Below are positions 1 through 16,065 of a stretch of 64,000 bases of DNA, piece by piece; the first letter of the stretch is position 1, and every line of letters starts with the position of its first letter. The position numbers and the translations under genes were made by a program. The stretch lies in assembly GCF_009914755.1 (NCBI RefSeq), contig NC_060929.1; one strand, written 5' to 3'. The notes under the pieces were generated by a model. It was not told where the DNA came from, did no database searches, and was given only the letters and a program-made list of their open reading frames with translations. This stretch comes from the human T2T-CHM13v2.0 reference genome, Homo sapiens.

Positions 1-150
1 GGACTAAGCAGACATTTCTCTGCCTCAAGGAGCTCCACCTAGGAAAGGAGACAAGCACTAAACAAGTCTTGAATAAATAAATATCTAATTAAAATTGTGA
101 CAAGTGCTAAGAAGGACAAGTATAAAGTTTTTTAAGAAGAATAGAAGCCA

Positions 151-492
<342 letters not shown>

Positions 493-559
493 TTACTAGA
501 ACAAACCAACTTGTCCAACTTGGAGAAAGCCAGTGTGTCTGAGCAGAGTGGTGGCTGAT

Positions 560-1030
560 GAACCTGGGCTAAGGGCTTCACGCTTTATTGTGGCTAAGTA
601 GAGATGTGAGTAATAGGACTGGGTTTTTAAAAAGTCTACTCTGGTTGCTCCCTGGAGGGGAGGGAGCAAGATTGGAGGCAGAGGACAGTTAGGAGGCTAT
701 TGCTGTAGTATAAGGGAGACATCGTGGTGGACTGACCTGGGGTGGAGAGAAAAGGAGAGAGTCTGGCCATATGTTATAGGTGCAGTCAGAAAGAACTTGG
801 TCAAGAGTTGGATGTGGCCAGTCAGAAAAAGTGGTAAAGATGTCAAAGGTTTCCATAGAGGCAACCGGAAAGTGGGGGAGGATGGAGGTTCCATTTCCCA
901 AGAGAAAGAAGAGAACCAGATTTGGGGTGAGCAAAGGTGTGAAGATGAAGAATTCCAACTGAGCATCTTGAGTTTGAGATGCCTGCAAACATTCACCTGG
1001 AGTTGTCAGACAGGTAGTTGTGTCTATCAC
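560..1030 (-). mobile_element. L2 fragment
   Basis: Degenerate L2 motifs (GTTAGGAGGCTATTGCTGTAG, GAGTTTGAGATGCCTG). Boundaries approximate. Confidence 0.6.
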
Positions 1031-2261
1031 TAGATCTGCAAATATGTGCTGAAAGCCTAACCTGTGTCAGGCTCCATGGTGGGTTAGACAAAGAGGTTAG
1101 ACAAGATCCCTAACCTCTAGGAACGTATTGTCTGTTGCTTGAAATGACATATTGGAAAATACGGCACTAAAAAGTAGGGAATGATAACTCTTAGAGAGAA
1201 AGAGAAGGAAATAGGGCATACCATAGGAGTTGAAAGGGGAAGAGAGCACTTTCTGCTGAGATGGCAAGTGTCAAGGTAGACGTCAAAATAAGGAGAAAGG
1301 GTATCGAGGCCAGACTGGGGATGAGGCAGAATTCTCCTTGCCCAGAACAGAGAAAGCCTTAGCTCCCCTGTCCCTGCCTGGCTATATTCTGCAAATACCC
1401 CTAGGCCAGGTATAGGATGGGAAGTGGAAGGGTAAGGGTGGAAGCTCTAGCTGGGCTAAGGCCAAGGGTGGAAGAATTGACATTTTGATGCTTAAGTGGG
1501 GCTTTGGGACTCTCTTTACAGTTACAGTTCCCATCCCTGAAATATCTACTGGGTTCCCCTGGAATATGTGTTTCAGGAAACTACACCTTCTACCCCTCTG
1601 CTCTGTGTTCATAAGGTGCTGTAACCAAAAGAGAGTTTGGGAAGGCCTGAGGATGCTCTTCATAATGTTGCCTCTTTAAAGTGGTCCACGTGGGGTGGGT
1701 ATCAGTTTATGTCCATGAACTGATGAGATGGATGATGACAGATCCCTTATTTTCTCTAAATCAAATTAAATCCAACCCACAGCAGCCCTGACCTGACTTG
1801 GCTGGCATTGACAGGAACTCAATCTCAGCCTTTGATTAGGCCTCCATCCCTCTCTGCTCCCTCCCCATCCAGAGAGTCATACAAAAGTCCCTGGGGACCT
1901 ATGCTTAGCAGTGCATTCATGGTGACTCCTCTGGTCCTAGGCCCATTGTGGTCACTGCTGATATTCTCATTGTACAATTGTGCATGTCCCTTAGAGCTGG
2001 AGGCTTTGCTGGTTTGGTAGTGCTGGGCCCAGGGACCAGCCATCACAGGGGCACTTACACAGCCGTTCCCCTCCGGTGCACATCAAAGCAGGAGTTACTG
2101 ATCTTTGCTACCCAGAATGTTAACCCACCCCCTCACCCAGTCTTGGGAGTCTCTTTTCACCCTTTCTTTGCCTCAGTTTCTGCCTCTTCCTCCCTACCAG
2201 CAGCATTTTTCCCTCTTCCTTCCCCCTAGCATCATTCACTCACTACAGATGCTCTCTAAGG

Positions 2262-2444
2262 CCCTGGCTCTTATCCTTGAGCACCCAGCAGAGTCCCCGG
2301 GAAGGCTGGTTGAACATAGACCGCTGGGCCTACCCCTAGATGCTCTAATTCAGTGGGTGTGGGGTGGAGCCTGAGAATGTGCATTTCAAATAAGTTTTCG
2401 GATGCTGCTGCTGCAGCTCCAGGGCCCACACAGAGAGAACCACT
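2262..2444. mobile_element. MER5A-like hAT-Charlie element
   Basis: TTCAGTGGGTGTGGGGTGGAGCCTGAGAATGTGCATTTC...GAGAACCACTG end. Confidence 0.7.
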
Positions 2445-3675
2445 GCTTCAAGGGGAGGGAGCAAAAGTCCTACCCTCATGGAAGTGGCAGGATTGGGGGA
2501 GGGAGAAGGGGGAGGAGAATTAAAGAAAGGTTGAGGTACAAATAAATATTTCCACCACCTTCCCTGCCATCTACCACCTCCTGTTGAATGATGAAATTCT
2601 ACTGACCAGAACATAATTCAGATGCAGATTTGGGGGAACTCATCTGTGTGCAGAGGAAGACCCAGGAGAATTACATTCTGTGCTTTATCCTCGGTGACCA
2701 CAGGCCTTTTCTTAGCCTGGAGTTCAGGACTTCTGGATTGGGACTCCCGGACTCTGGCCCCCATCAGGCAGTTTCCAGAAAGTTGCTCTGCTCCCACCCC
2801 CAAGCTCAGACTATAAATTTCTTTTCTGTTGCCTTGGCCTGTCATTGGGAAGACTGGCATCATCTGCAGAATGTATTTGCAAGTAAAATGTTCAAGCAGC
2901 AGGAGAGAGGCCTGGGAGGGGGCAGCTAGACGCAGTGAACTGTGTCAGACAGGTGGCTCATGGGAGCTGGCGGCCCTGTGGCCAGCTCTTCTGCTGGAAT
3001 AGAAACCCAGCATCTCCGCCTGGAAGGCTTCCTTTTGCCACTTTTCTCAGTGCCCAGAGAAAGGGCCACCCTTGAAGGGGCCATGGTCAAAGTTGGTAAG
3101 CCAAAAGTCAGCCCTTCTGCCTCATCTCCCAGCAGCAGTACTATACCAGGTGATCAGGCTGGAGCTGCCCTGTCTTCAAATCTTATTGGTGCCATGTAGT
3201 AGCTGAGTATAGTTTCAGATGAGCTGCTTCTCCCCTCGGAGCAAAAGTGTCTTCATTTGTAAAAGGTGTATAATAATGGCATCTACTTCTCAATGTTGCT
3301 TGGAGGATTCAAAGGGGGAACTGCATGTAAATTGCTTAGCTAGTATCTGGCACATAGCACATGTGCAAATAAAGGTGAGTCTCCGTCGCTCATGACTATT
3401 ATTCTGTTCTGCATATTGGCATTCATATCTGTTTTCCTCATGGACTTTGAGCTCCTTGAGAGAAGGAGCCAGGTCTGATTCCCTTTTGAATCAATTCATT
3501 CAATCGCCAAACATCTGTTGAAGCCCTACTGTGTGCCACTTGCTGTGCTAGGGGCCCATCATCCATTGCTGCACATAGTATGTAAGTGTTACTTGATGGT
3601 TAATGAGTGAAAGGGGAGGATTGCAGAGAAGGCTTACAAAAGATACATTTTCTTGAATACCCACTGTGTGCTAAG

Positions 3676-3835
3676 GCAATGCTCCTTAAATTTCCATGGG
3701 CCTAATACCCACCTGCAGATCTTAGAATCACATTCTGATTCTTCAGCTGCGGGCTGGGGCTTGCAGTTCTTCATTTCTAAGAAGCTCCCAGGTGATGCTA
3801 ATGCTGCTGGTCCACAGGCCACACTCTGAGTAGCA
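3676..3835. mobile_element. MER5A-like element
   Basis: CATTTCTAAGAAGCTCCCAGGTGATGCTAATGCTGCTGGTCCACAGGCCACACTCTGAGTAG. Confidence 0.7.
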
Positions 3836-5483
3836 AGATAGACACTCCTTTGCATTATGTCACTTATTGCTTGCAAAACATTATGGGATGAGCTTAGAAA
3901 TGAGAATTCATAGAGATTAAATAGCTTGCTGAAGATCACACAGCTGGCTAGTGTTGGAGTCAGGTCAGCATGGCTCATTTTTGTCTATTGAGCTCACTCA
4001 CCCTTAAGAGCAGTGGTTCCCAATGTTTGCCACATATTAAGATCACCCAGGGAGCGTTAAACATCCCAATGTCGGGAGAGCTGGTGGCAGGTAATTCTAA
4101 TGTGCAGCAGAGTTTAGGAACCATGGCCTCAGAGTCCAACCTCATCCAAGGAACAAGAAAGGAAAGGAGAAGAATTTTGACATCTCTCTAATTTCAGGAA
4201 CCAATTATAGACTTTCAGAATTTGGAGGTCTAGGCCTCTTTTGATGTTACAGATGAGGAAACTGAGGCCTATAGAGGTTAAAATATTCACCCAAAATCAT
4301 TTAACTCATTGATGGCAAAGTTAGGACTAGAACTCAGGCCTCTGGGCTCTCACCTTTGACGTGGTTCCTGTGCTGGAGGAGGAATCCAGGAACAGATTAT
4401 CCACTGGAAAAAGGCTTCTCCATGCTCCTCCATCAGCTGGGACCTTGGAGACTCAAAGGAGACCTAGGTTTCCCTAGGATGAACCAGGGAAAAATCCACT
4501 GCCTTCCGAAGAGCAGGAAGTTTTCCTTTGCAATATTCTGCCAATCTCGAAATGGCAATGTGCAACAGAACATACTTTGAAGTTGTAAGGCCTTTAAAAT
4601 TCCAAGATGAAATATATAATCCCATTATGGTAGGAGCATAATTGGTGGCTTGATTTAGTGCAGTAAGGATTTATTGTTTTAATCATAACATAATGTACAT
4701 TGGTTGGTTGCTTCATAACAAAGATAAAATGGGCTGCAAATGTGTACAGTAAGATTATTTTGGGGGGCGGGGGTTGAGGAAATGGCATGACTCAGAGTTT
4801 AAAAGCCCCAAATCTTAGCTGTGCCTGTGTAGCTTTACCACATAACCCATTGATAACTTATCCCTATGATGTGCTGGTATGCTTAAGTGTAACCATTTAT
4901 TGAGCACTTATTCTGTGAGCAGAATGGCATTATCCACTTAGGGAATGTAATCACATTCAATCTATATAAGATCCCCATGAAGTCAGCATTACTTACAGAG
5001 GCCTGCACAGCAATAATTGGAGGAGCTGGGATGCAAATTCACCTGTGGGTGAATTCAAATCACCACACTCAGCATAGGACCTGGCTCCATACCCTTATTT
5101 TACAGGTGAGGAAGAGGAAGGAAAAGCAATCCTGGCACACAGGGACAGCAAGTGGCAGGACAGAGCTGAGACTATGGTCTCCTCACTCTGGGACAAGTGT
5201 TGTTTCCTACTACCTCCATGGAAAATGAGGCCGGAAAGAATGGCCAGGACTCCATGAGCTGTTCCCCTCCCTACTCAGGCTCCAGCCATCATGCAATGAG
5301 GAGGTTACTTTCCACACAGATCAGACTTTGGTCTAATGTTTTTGAGGAACCTATTCAACGAAAGAGAGCCCTTCACCAATCCATGCGCCATCAAATTAGA
5401 CTTAAATTAACACATGCTATGTAGATAGCTACTTTCCCAATCTGTGTCCCACTGATTCTTCCATCTGAGACCATATTATATAT

Positions 5484-6560
5484 CCATTCATTGAGCAATT
5501 AATGGTGAAGTACCTCCTATGTGCCAGGCACTGTGCCAGGTGCTAGGGATAAAGAGATAAGGAGAAAGTAGGACACTGAGCCAGTCTCTGCCTTCCTGGT
5601 CCAGAGGTGGACAGAGATAGATAAAGTGGGTTCCTGAAAACTGCCATCAGTGCCATGAAAGTGATATGCACAGGGACATGAGAACTCAGAGGAGGGCCCT
5701 GACCACAGCTAGTGGTGGAGAGAATCCCAGAAGCCTTTCCAGATGAAGTGATTTCAAATACGGGACCTGAAGTTCAGTAGAGGTGACTATGTCAATTGTT
5801 TAAAAGGTAGGTAGATACATGTGTTGGCTCAGATGCTGAACAATGCTTCTGGTAAAGGCAACAGCATGTGGTCAGGCTGTCAGAGGTGATCAGAATATGA
5901 TCTGGATGTGCAGGTTGGAGGGGAATTAGTATAAGTTCTGTGTGGCCGGATGATAAAGTTTAAAGGGAAGAGTAGGAAGAGTGGAAGAAATAAGGCTGAA
6001 AAGGGAAGAGGGACCAGGTCATGCAGGGAACCGAACACCATGCTAAGAGGTTTGGATTTTGACTCTGTGAGTAAGTGGAGTCTATTTTAGTAGGATTGAG
6101 ATTTAGTCTCATTTCCATTATAGAGAGATCACACTCTGACTGCAACAGGGAGAATTGATTAGAGGGGCCAGAGTGGGAAGCAGGGGGTGCGTTTAGGAGG
6201 CTACTGCAATAATCCAGGTACTGATGATGGTAGCGTCAATCAGTGCAGTAAGAGTGTAGGGAGAGAAATGAACAAACTCAAGACAAATTTCTTTTCTTTC
6301 AAGAAAAATTTTTAAATCCCCATGGCTTGTGATTTATTGAATGTGGGAGGAGCGAGAGAAAGGGTGGAACAAAGGACTATGGCTGGATTACTGTCCTGGC
6401 CAAAGTGGCTGGTTCTGAGAAGGAGCACATGGGGAGGAGGAAGAAAGGTCTGAGAGGGGAAGGATCATGTTGACATGTTAATATGAGCTGCCCATGAGGT
6501 GGAAATGTCCAGGAGGAAGTTGGATGCTGGATGCATAAGTCTGAAGCTTCAAGGAGAGAA
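5484..6560 (-). mobile_element. L2 (about 1 kb, 3' portion)
   Basis: Reverse complement of the L2 3' end (CATTCATTGAGC...CTATGTGCCAGGCACTGTGCCAGGTGCTAGGGATA) followed by L2 body motifs. Confidence 0.75.
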
Positions 6561-7370
6561 AACCTTCCTGGAATTCTCTTTACTTATCAGAAAAGATCCC
6601 AAAGCTGACAACACTTTGTAATCTCATGAGAAATGGCCAAAAGAATGACAGCTTGACCCCAATCATGGGCTGGTTGTTTCAGCTTGTAATATGGCTCAAG
6701 GCATTCAGCTAAGCTTCAGTGGCCCTGTGGGCACTGGGATAGCTGAGAAGACCTTTGTCCTTTAAAATCACAGCAAACGAGGCAGTCCTTTTAACCTCTT
6801 TGATAGGAGTCCAGCCACTCCCCTCCTTGAGATATTTTTACTGAGTGCTTTCTATGTGTCAGGCATTGAGGATACAGGATTGGGAAGAAGGTTCCTGCCC
6901 TTGAGTTTCTCCAGGGCCAGTGGGGACAGACACATGAGCATATGATTAAGTTACCACATTACAGGTGGAAGAAACATTGGGGGGTCAATGTTCAGGGGGC
7001 CCAAGTGTTCTTCGACTTCAGCATGGTAAATATCCCTATGGAGTTCGTGCAGATACTTGTGAGATGGTTTTTGTTTTTCATTTTGATGAATGATTGCAAA
7101 GCTCACAACTGCAGAGAGACTGAGTCTTCGAAATCTTCACATTTTTCAATTTTATCACAATTTTGACTCCCGCTAGTTATTAGGAAGGGTACTCCCTGGG
7201 TCAGCTCACTTGATGCTGTGTTAATGGTGATGAGCAAAATAAAAGGAGGAAGAATTGAGTGTGGTTAGAACACAAAGATGGACTGCCCTGTTCTACCTGG
7301 CACAGGGAGAATAGAGAAGGCTTCCCGGGAGAAGAAATGGCACTTGTGTGAGTCTTTAAAAATGAATTAT

Positions 7371-8512
<1,142 letters not shown>

Positions 8513-10801
8513 GCTACAGTGATGTAAGTGAAGCCTCCCATGTCCCACCCTGTTACTGCCCTGAGGCCCCTTAAAGGCATGTTCAGATGATTTTCATTAT
8601 GCAGAGTGACTTCAGTGATCAATCGTTTGGTTTTTAATTTGATGTTCTTAACCAGATTTGGATGCCGTGCACAGAATGTAATGGATCAAAGTGGCAATGA
8701 ATAGTGGTAATAGGGACATGCATTCCATCTTTTTTTTGAAAGACAAAATAATTGCTCAATGGCTTGTTCTGCCCCAAACCTGGATACCTATTTGGTCAGA
8801 AAAGTAAAGAAGAATGTATTTCTCAAATATCAGCCTTAAGGTTCATTTATCCTGGGCATCTGGACAGCCCCCTGGCTGAAATAAGGCTGGGAAAGAACAA
8901 TCACTTTGTTTGTAGGAAACTTGGAAGGTCAGGGGACTGCTGTTTGAAGGTGGTGGAGGGTGATAGAGTCAACTCAACACTGTGATCATATGACTGGGTT
9001 GTAATGTGACTATGGGGAAACCACCCAACCTCTCTGGTCCATGGTTTCCCCATCTGTGCTGCAGGGAGGCTGGCTTGCAGGGTAGTTCCCAAGAATCATC
9101 CTCCCCATCAGCTCTCTAACTCTAAGCTTTAACTTTGATTAGACTTTTGCTGGGATTTCTCTGGCCCTGCCAGGGTGAAATAATCAGGGGAGATTTTAAA
9201 GAAAAAATCAGTCCAGACAACTGTGACATCTTTTTTCTTTTCTAGATGGAATTAGTAGATATGGGGCTTTAATAAGTTGATCTGATATCTGGGCTCCACC
9301 AGGCCAGCTCTCTGAATGGCATTTTTCATTGTGTCAGTTGATTTTTCTTTAATTGAGTGTGGATCCGAATATACGTATGGGAGCTGGGTGCAGGAAGAAA
9401 CCTTCAAAGGCAGGGGTTTTGCAGTCAGGGAGCCATCCTCTCCAAGACAGGGGAGGGTGGGGCAGCGGGGGGAGGACCTGCGTTCATGCCAAGCTGCTGT
9501 GTCACCTTTATTAATGATGACGGGGAGAGGGAGTCAGCAGGCAGCTAATGCGGACTGCAGAGGATGGTAATCGGGAGGTGTTGCTACCATTCCAGAGGAC
9601 AGGGAAGTGGGACAAATGTGAATTTAAGAGGCAAGAGGTGAACAGAGGGAAAGAAAGGCAAAAAAAAAAAAAAATGAGTATGACATCATCTGGAAAATTG
9701 CAAACCAATGAATCAATGAAGTATCATTCCCAGAGCAGGAAGGAAGCTGCCAGAGAAAGAGCCAGCCTGCCGGGGAGCTGGGGCCTGACAGGAAGCACAA
9801 GCTGGGTTGGCTATGCAGTGCCCTAGCCAGGGGTCAGCCACAGCTGGCACGTGAGCCCTAGGAATGGACTTCCACTTCCTTCTGCCCCTTTCCTCCTAGA
9901 GCCTTTTTTTTTTTTTTTTTCATGAAAGACATCAGAAGGAATGCTCTATCCAAAAGGGCTTTACAGGAGCTCATTAATGTGAAACCTTGGAGTCAGCTTT
10001 TCAAACAGTTATCTCTGAGTTCAGCCTCATAGGATTTTTCTCATCATGGGGATCAGCTTCATAAAAGCCAGAGTGTGATGATTCTGCCAGTTTTTGCTGT
10101 TAACAGATGAAATAGTACTCCCTTTATAGAAATGAAGAGCAAGGACTTTGGGTAGCTTTCTTTAGTTCTCAAGACCTCGTCAGCAGAGCTGGCCTGAAGG
10201 CAACACAGTAGGCAGGTGCCTGCATGGCATCCTATTACCTACAAATTGAGGATCAAAGCCCTTAGCTAGGCATCCAAGGCCCTTCCATATTCTTCCCCTC
10301 TAAATATCTCTCGTAGTTACCCATGAACTTCTGCTGTACCCAGGCACCTTGTTCATTTCCACCTCTGCCACTTTCCTCATCCTGTTCCAACATATAAATA
10401 TGAAGCAGCAATTTCTCAGTATATATACTACCACTCCCTGCCCTTGCCCATGGCAGACATCACTAATTGATTGCCACACTCTTTCCTGCTGAGCTAGGAC
10501 TTGGCCTTAGAATTATTTCCAACACAACTTCCCAGACAGTCACTACCAATCAATTAAATTAATCAAATTATAAAATAAAATGTATTTTCTATTATTGATC
10601 TAAGATGTCCTTTCCCATTCTTAGCTCAATCTCTATCAATCTTGTAGTTTCTCAAATCCTACATGCTCTATGAAATTTTCCCTGAATATTTCTACCCTCA
10701 TAGATTGTTCCTGCTTATTAAAAGCCTAGTGCAAACCTTACCTATAGCATGCATTTTGCACTTATCATTTAGTATCATAATGTATCTTCCCCTTTATGGA
10801 T

Positions 10802-11017
10802 CAGAGCTTCTCAACATCAGTGCTAGTGACACTTGGGGCTGGATCATTTTCTTTGTGGGGGCTATCCTATGTATTGTAGGATATTTTAGCAGCATCCTTA
10901 GTTTTTAACCAATAGATGTCAGTAGCAACCTCTCCATCACTTTTGACAATGAAAAATATTTCAAGGCATTATTAAATGCCCTTTGAGGGACAAAATTGCC
11001 CCAGTTAAGAGCCACTG
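10802..11017. mobile_element. MER20 (hAT-Charlie)
   Basis: CAGAGCTTCTCAAC...GGGCTGGATCATTTTCTTTGTGGGGGCT...AAAATTGCCCCAGTTAAGAGCCACTG, about 216 bp. Confidence 0.85.
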
Positions 11018-11023
11018 TGAGAC

Positions 11024-11024
<1 letters not shown>

Positions 11025-11067
<43 letters not shown>

Positions 11068-11072
11068 GATAG
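11025..11072 (+). repeat. (AGAT)n tetranucleotide microsatellite, about 11 units
   Basis: Read directly from the sequence. Confidence 0.95.
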
Positions 11073-13779
11073 GTGGATAAAATCTCCCCTGTTAGTCTGA
11101 GACCTTCAGTGTGTGGACCATCATCATACCTGACATAGCTCCTTACACACAATAAGTGCTAAATAAATATTTGATAACTGATTGATTGATTGGGAGTGAG
11201 GACTGAGGAATTGTCTAGGAAGCGGGAAAAATGTTCTCCAATGTGGACTAAGAATTACACCTTCAGTGTGTCCTTGCTGCAGTTAAGCACTGCGGAATTG
11301 AGCAATGCAGAGTTTGCAAAGGGGCCACCTCCAAGCAACCACCCCCCTCCCCAATAAGCTGTTAGCAGATCCTAGTACCTGAGTGTGCTGTGACTAGCAG
11401 ATCTCTTGCAGCAGAAACAACTAGAGGAGGGAGGAAGTGCTAAAAGAGGCCTGGATGATACGTTTGGCTTGAAGTTTAATACATGATGTGAGAGACCTTC
11501 ATTCCTCTTCACTCCTCAAGAAGGAAAACGAGGTAAACTGAAGAAATCCTTTTATCCGCAAAGTAATCTTCCCTCCTGGAAGCTCTCTGGCTTGGTCACC
11601 CGATGTTCTGTGAACATATTTATCTGCCTGCCCCCTCCACTCCCTTAAACAATAGAGGCTTTGTAAAGGGAGAAAAATGGAAGAAACTATAAATCCTCAC
11701 CCACAATGCAGCTGCCCTCATTTCCACAGGGGGGTTTAAATCATCCTCTACAAGTGAACCAGAAGCAAACTCTACACATCTCCGGCTGATCACAGACTGT
11801 TCCTGGTGAATCAGGAATGGAACTGAGGCTGAGCATTGCAAGAAGTCTTTCTGAATACCTAGTGTGTGCCAGGCTTTTTAAGGGACCCTCTGCATGTGTC
11901 TTCTACCTTCATCCTCACTACAGTCCTACAGAACCTGCATGGTTATCCCCATTCACAAAGAGAGAACTGAGGGTCCAAGAGGTAAAATAATTTGTCCAGA
12001 GTTCCAGAGCATGTCAAGGAGAGCTGGCATTGATCCCAGGACTTAGGATGTGTCCAGTGCCTGCCGGAAAAGCTACATCTATGAGAAACTAGATATATTT
12101 CCCAGTATGCGGTATTGGTACCTCATACAGAACCCTTCTTAGCCTTCAAATCCCAAGTAATGCAGAAAACAGGAGGGGTGTCCTCCGCCATAGAGAATAG
12201 TCATTAAGAGGGCTGGTTCTGTCTATGTAACTGTGTAACTTTACCAATTGGTCTATCTGTGTATATCATCTAGCTAGCTTTATCCATATGTCCATACATC
12301 CATCTATTCATTCATTCATCTGTTAATTTATCCATCTGTCCATCCGTCCATCATCCATTCCTCCTCTTCTATATAGGCACAAGAGATGTCAATGATGTTT
12401 CCTAATATTCAAGGTTAATTCAGCAGGGGGAGAGGTGGTGAGGTGAACGATCACACACTTTTCCTTTCTTCATTGACTTTTGAGGTATGGCTTAATTTTA
12501 ATGATAATAAGATCATACCATGTTTGCAAAAATGATAGCCTCCTTTTTTTCTAAATTAAATGAAAGCATTCTGAAGTCAAGCTGATCTAGGCAACCTATA
12601 TCCCCTCTCTGTTCGTTGGTTTTCTTATCTATCAAGTACAAATGGTATTACCAACATCTACTGAAAGTTTGGAGGATTACATAAGATAAAGCTTACATAG
12701 TGAGTGCTTGACCCATGGTAAGTATCCTATAACTGTTGGCTATTACGATCATCAGTGTACTTTTTAACAGCGTCTAACACATAAACATCTGACTAATACT
12801 AACTTCTCTTTCTTCTGGTTTTTTCTTCCCTTGTTATGGCCCTATAAAAAGTCCTTTCAGATGGGAAATGGAGGCTTAGCCTAGTATCTAACATGTGTTT
12901 AGCCCTTGAAATGGTGATTATTATTACTGTTGTTTAGCCCACAGTACCTCCTGTCAGAGACTTCACATCCTGTTGGGACACCTTTACCCATAGAAGGTTG
13001 ACCTTGGTGTCATTTTACCCTGGATGCACATGTTTGCAGGAAAGAGTGGGAGCGGAGCTGCTTAGGATCCTTATCCAGAGCTCCATACCCTAGCAATGCT
13101 CCTGGTTTTGATTTTTCTCAGGGAGGTGTGAACTGAGGAATATACCGTATTTTCCTGCACAGCCCTTCCTGAGATGTTCAGTGTGAGGCACAGAAGCCCA
13201 TCGTTGTTGTATACATGGAGAATAAATCCTTGTTTCTGAACCTGTTCTTTTTGCAATCATATTTGTGACCCCCCTCCCCCCGACACACACACATGTTTCC
13301 ATGGAGAGAGTTAGAAACAGGATAATTATGTTCTGTGCCATTAAAAACTGGGGTATCCTGAATGATAACCCCTCTCCTGGCAAGCAGGCTTCTCAGGTAG
13401 GCCCCCAGACTTGAATGGCTTTAACCAGAGACTGGGAGCCTCCAAAAGTAGGCTTCTGTTCATTCAACTCTGCATGACAGGGAGATGAGCCCACTGGACT
13501 CAAAGATAAGTGGAATCAATGTAAAACTAAAGTCCATGCCCACACCTGCTGAAGGAGGGCCAGATTCTGCTAGAAAATAATCATTTAGCAAGAAATGCTT
13601 GCTGAAGAGTGACAACCATCAGGAATGAGGAAGAGTCAACATTTAAAACATGATTTGTGCTTTTCACAAACTCCTGACCCTAGGAACAACTCCAGTCTAG
13701 TGCCTTGGAGATGGGCTGGTGTAGAAAGACATGGAAAATGCTTCTCTAAAGAGGAGAGCTTTCCAGCACACAGCAGCTA

Positions 13780-14355
13780 CAGCATGTTTCTCAAAGTCCA
13801 AATCAATGGCTTCTCTTTGTACTTACAAGAAAATCCTAATTCTTGCACTGATCCCATGGGCCTCCAAGGGCCCGTGGGATCAGACTGCTGCCTGTCTCTC
13901 TGACCTCATCATATACGGAGCCTTCCCTCAGTCATACCTTTCCACCACACTGAACTTCTTTCAGCTCCTCCGACGCTCCAAGCACATCCCACTTCGGGGC
14001 CTTTGCATCTACTGTTCTGCCAGATTTTTGCATGACCCATTTTCACTATTCAGGTTTCTACTCAAATGTCAACTCTTAAAGAGGCCACTATGATCCATCC
14101 TATTGAAAATAGGGCAGATACTCCATCTCCATGCTATTGCTTTGTAATATTTCATTAGTAGCACATATCACTATCTAAAATGATCTTACATATATATTTC
14201 CTTGTTTAAAGTGTGTTCCCTCTGTTCCTGGCTCTTCCCAACGGGGATGTGAGCTTCTTAAGAACAAAGCCTTTGGTAACCTCAGCTGTATCCCCAGCAT
14301 CTAAAACCATGCCTGGCACATAGTAGGTGCTCAAGAAATATTTGTTGAATTAAGA
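13780..14355 (+). mobile_element. L2 3' portion
   Basis: Ends with GCCTGGCACATAGTAGGTGCTCAAGAAATATTTGTTGAAT. Confidence 0.75.
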
Positions 14356-15859
14356 AATGTGTGAAAGAATTATCTCACTCTGGATTGCTAGAATATAATT
14401 TAAGATGGGATGTGTTCAGAGGTAGAACAAAACTTCTTTCATTTCTGGCCTCTCCTAAGGCAAAGGTAGTCAACACAGGACCCTAACTTTTCAGCTTTTA
14501 TGGAGGGGGTGGTCCCTATAACATTCTTTTGGAGATGGGAAATTCTATAATAAATTCAATCTCCCATCTAACAAATATTTATTGAACCCATGCAATATGC
14601 AAGTTCAACTCTAGCTTCTGACAAAGAACAATGAATAAATGGACACAAATCTCTGCCCATGAGAGTGCTGATGTGGAAGACGTGGCGGGTTTTTAAGAGA
14701 ACACAGGGCTTAGAGTCGGAAAGGCCTAAATTTTAGGTCCTATGTCACCATATACTAAAAGTCTGCATAAGCAAGCTACCTGACCTCCAGGTATCTAACT
14801 TTCCTCCTGTATAAAATGGGCATGAAGCTGACCTCATGAGATTACTGACAGGATTCAGTAACTGCTGTGCCTCTGGCACCTAGCACTTGGTGGTCGCTAT
14901 TGAGATGATGAATGTAGGGCCCTGGGCAAAAGGAATGAATGAATGGAATTTTCTTTCCTTCCACTTCCCCTTGTGATTAAACATCTCATCATATACTTTA
15001 GAAGTTTTCAAGTGATCTCAAAAAGAAAAAAAAGAAGAAAATTTAAAGTGATTTCACATCACAGAGCCACAAGCACAGGCTCCAACCAGGATCAGAAGGT
15101 GTTAGTTTCAAATGAAGAGTGTGTAATGAATTCAGGCCCCTCTTCGAGCCTTGATTCAAAGCAGCCTGCGCTTCTGGCCCCTTGTCTGTGCTTGAGAGCT
15201 GATCTGTCAGTAATGCCCACAGCGTCAGGTAGGGGTGCACATGGCTGACTCTACCGGAGTTGCCATGTTGTACAGATGGAACATGTCAGGGCACACCCAG
15301 CATATGCAACATCCAAGTGGCATCTTTCTGTTTTCCTGTGATGCTATGCCTTTGACATGTAGCAGGCCACATGAACCTTGCGGATCAAAAAGCTTCTTAG
15401 GAAAGAAGGTGATTCAGTTTATTCTATTGCACAGCGGGATGTCCTGGGTAACCAAAGAATGTCACTGCACGCAAAGACAGACACACCTTCTTAAAGCCAA
15501 ACAACTGGGGAACTAAGTTTTTGATGAAGACAGTTATTTTTCAGGCTTCTGAACAATTTGGACACTGTTGTCACTTTTCCTACCTGCCAGCAACTGTTCC
15601 TGAATAAAAGAACTGTCCCAGCATGCTCTGTTCCAAGAGGCACACACTGGACTTACTGAACAGTGGCATGTTGTTAACCAAAAGCATGTTCAGCGGCAGA
15701 GGCTCTTAGCTGTTCATCCCAAGCTGTGATTGGGAGTGCTTGATGTGTCCATAGATAGTCACGGGTAGGCGGAGTCATCATTTCCTCTGTCCAGGTCAGG
15801 AATTTCAATGAGCTAATCTGCATAGCTTCTCTGGACTTGAGTCAGCAACAAGACAATAC

Positions 15860-16065
15860 TAATAATAGCTGCTATTATCGAGGGCTTTCCGTATTCTAAG
15901 TCCTTTACACAAATTAATTGAACCCTCACCAAAACAGTGTGAAGTAAGGAATATTTTTATCCCCTTTTACAGATGAGGCAACTGAGGCACAAGACCCTGC
16001 TCGAGGTCACAAAACTAGTAAGAGATACAGCTGAGATTTGAACTCAGGCTTTCTGGCTCCTAAGC
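15860..16065. mobile_element. MIR
   Basis: Core TTTTACAGATGAGGCAACTGAGGCAC...GATTTGAACTCAGG. Many more MIR fragments occur near 3.3, 4.3, 11.9, 14.8, 21.8, 26.4, 28.2, 30.3, 37.7, 40.0, 41.7, 47.8, 53.7, 56.1, 59.0 and 63.0 kb. Confidence 0.75.
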
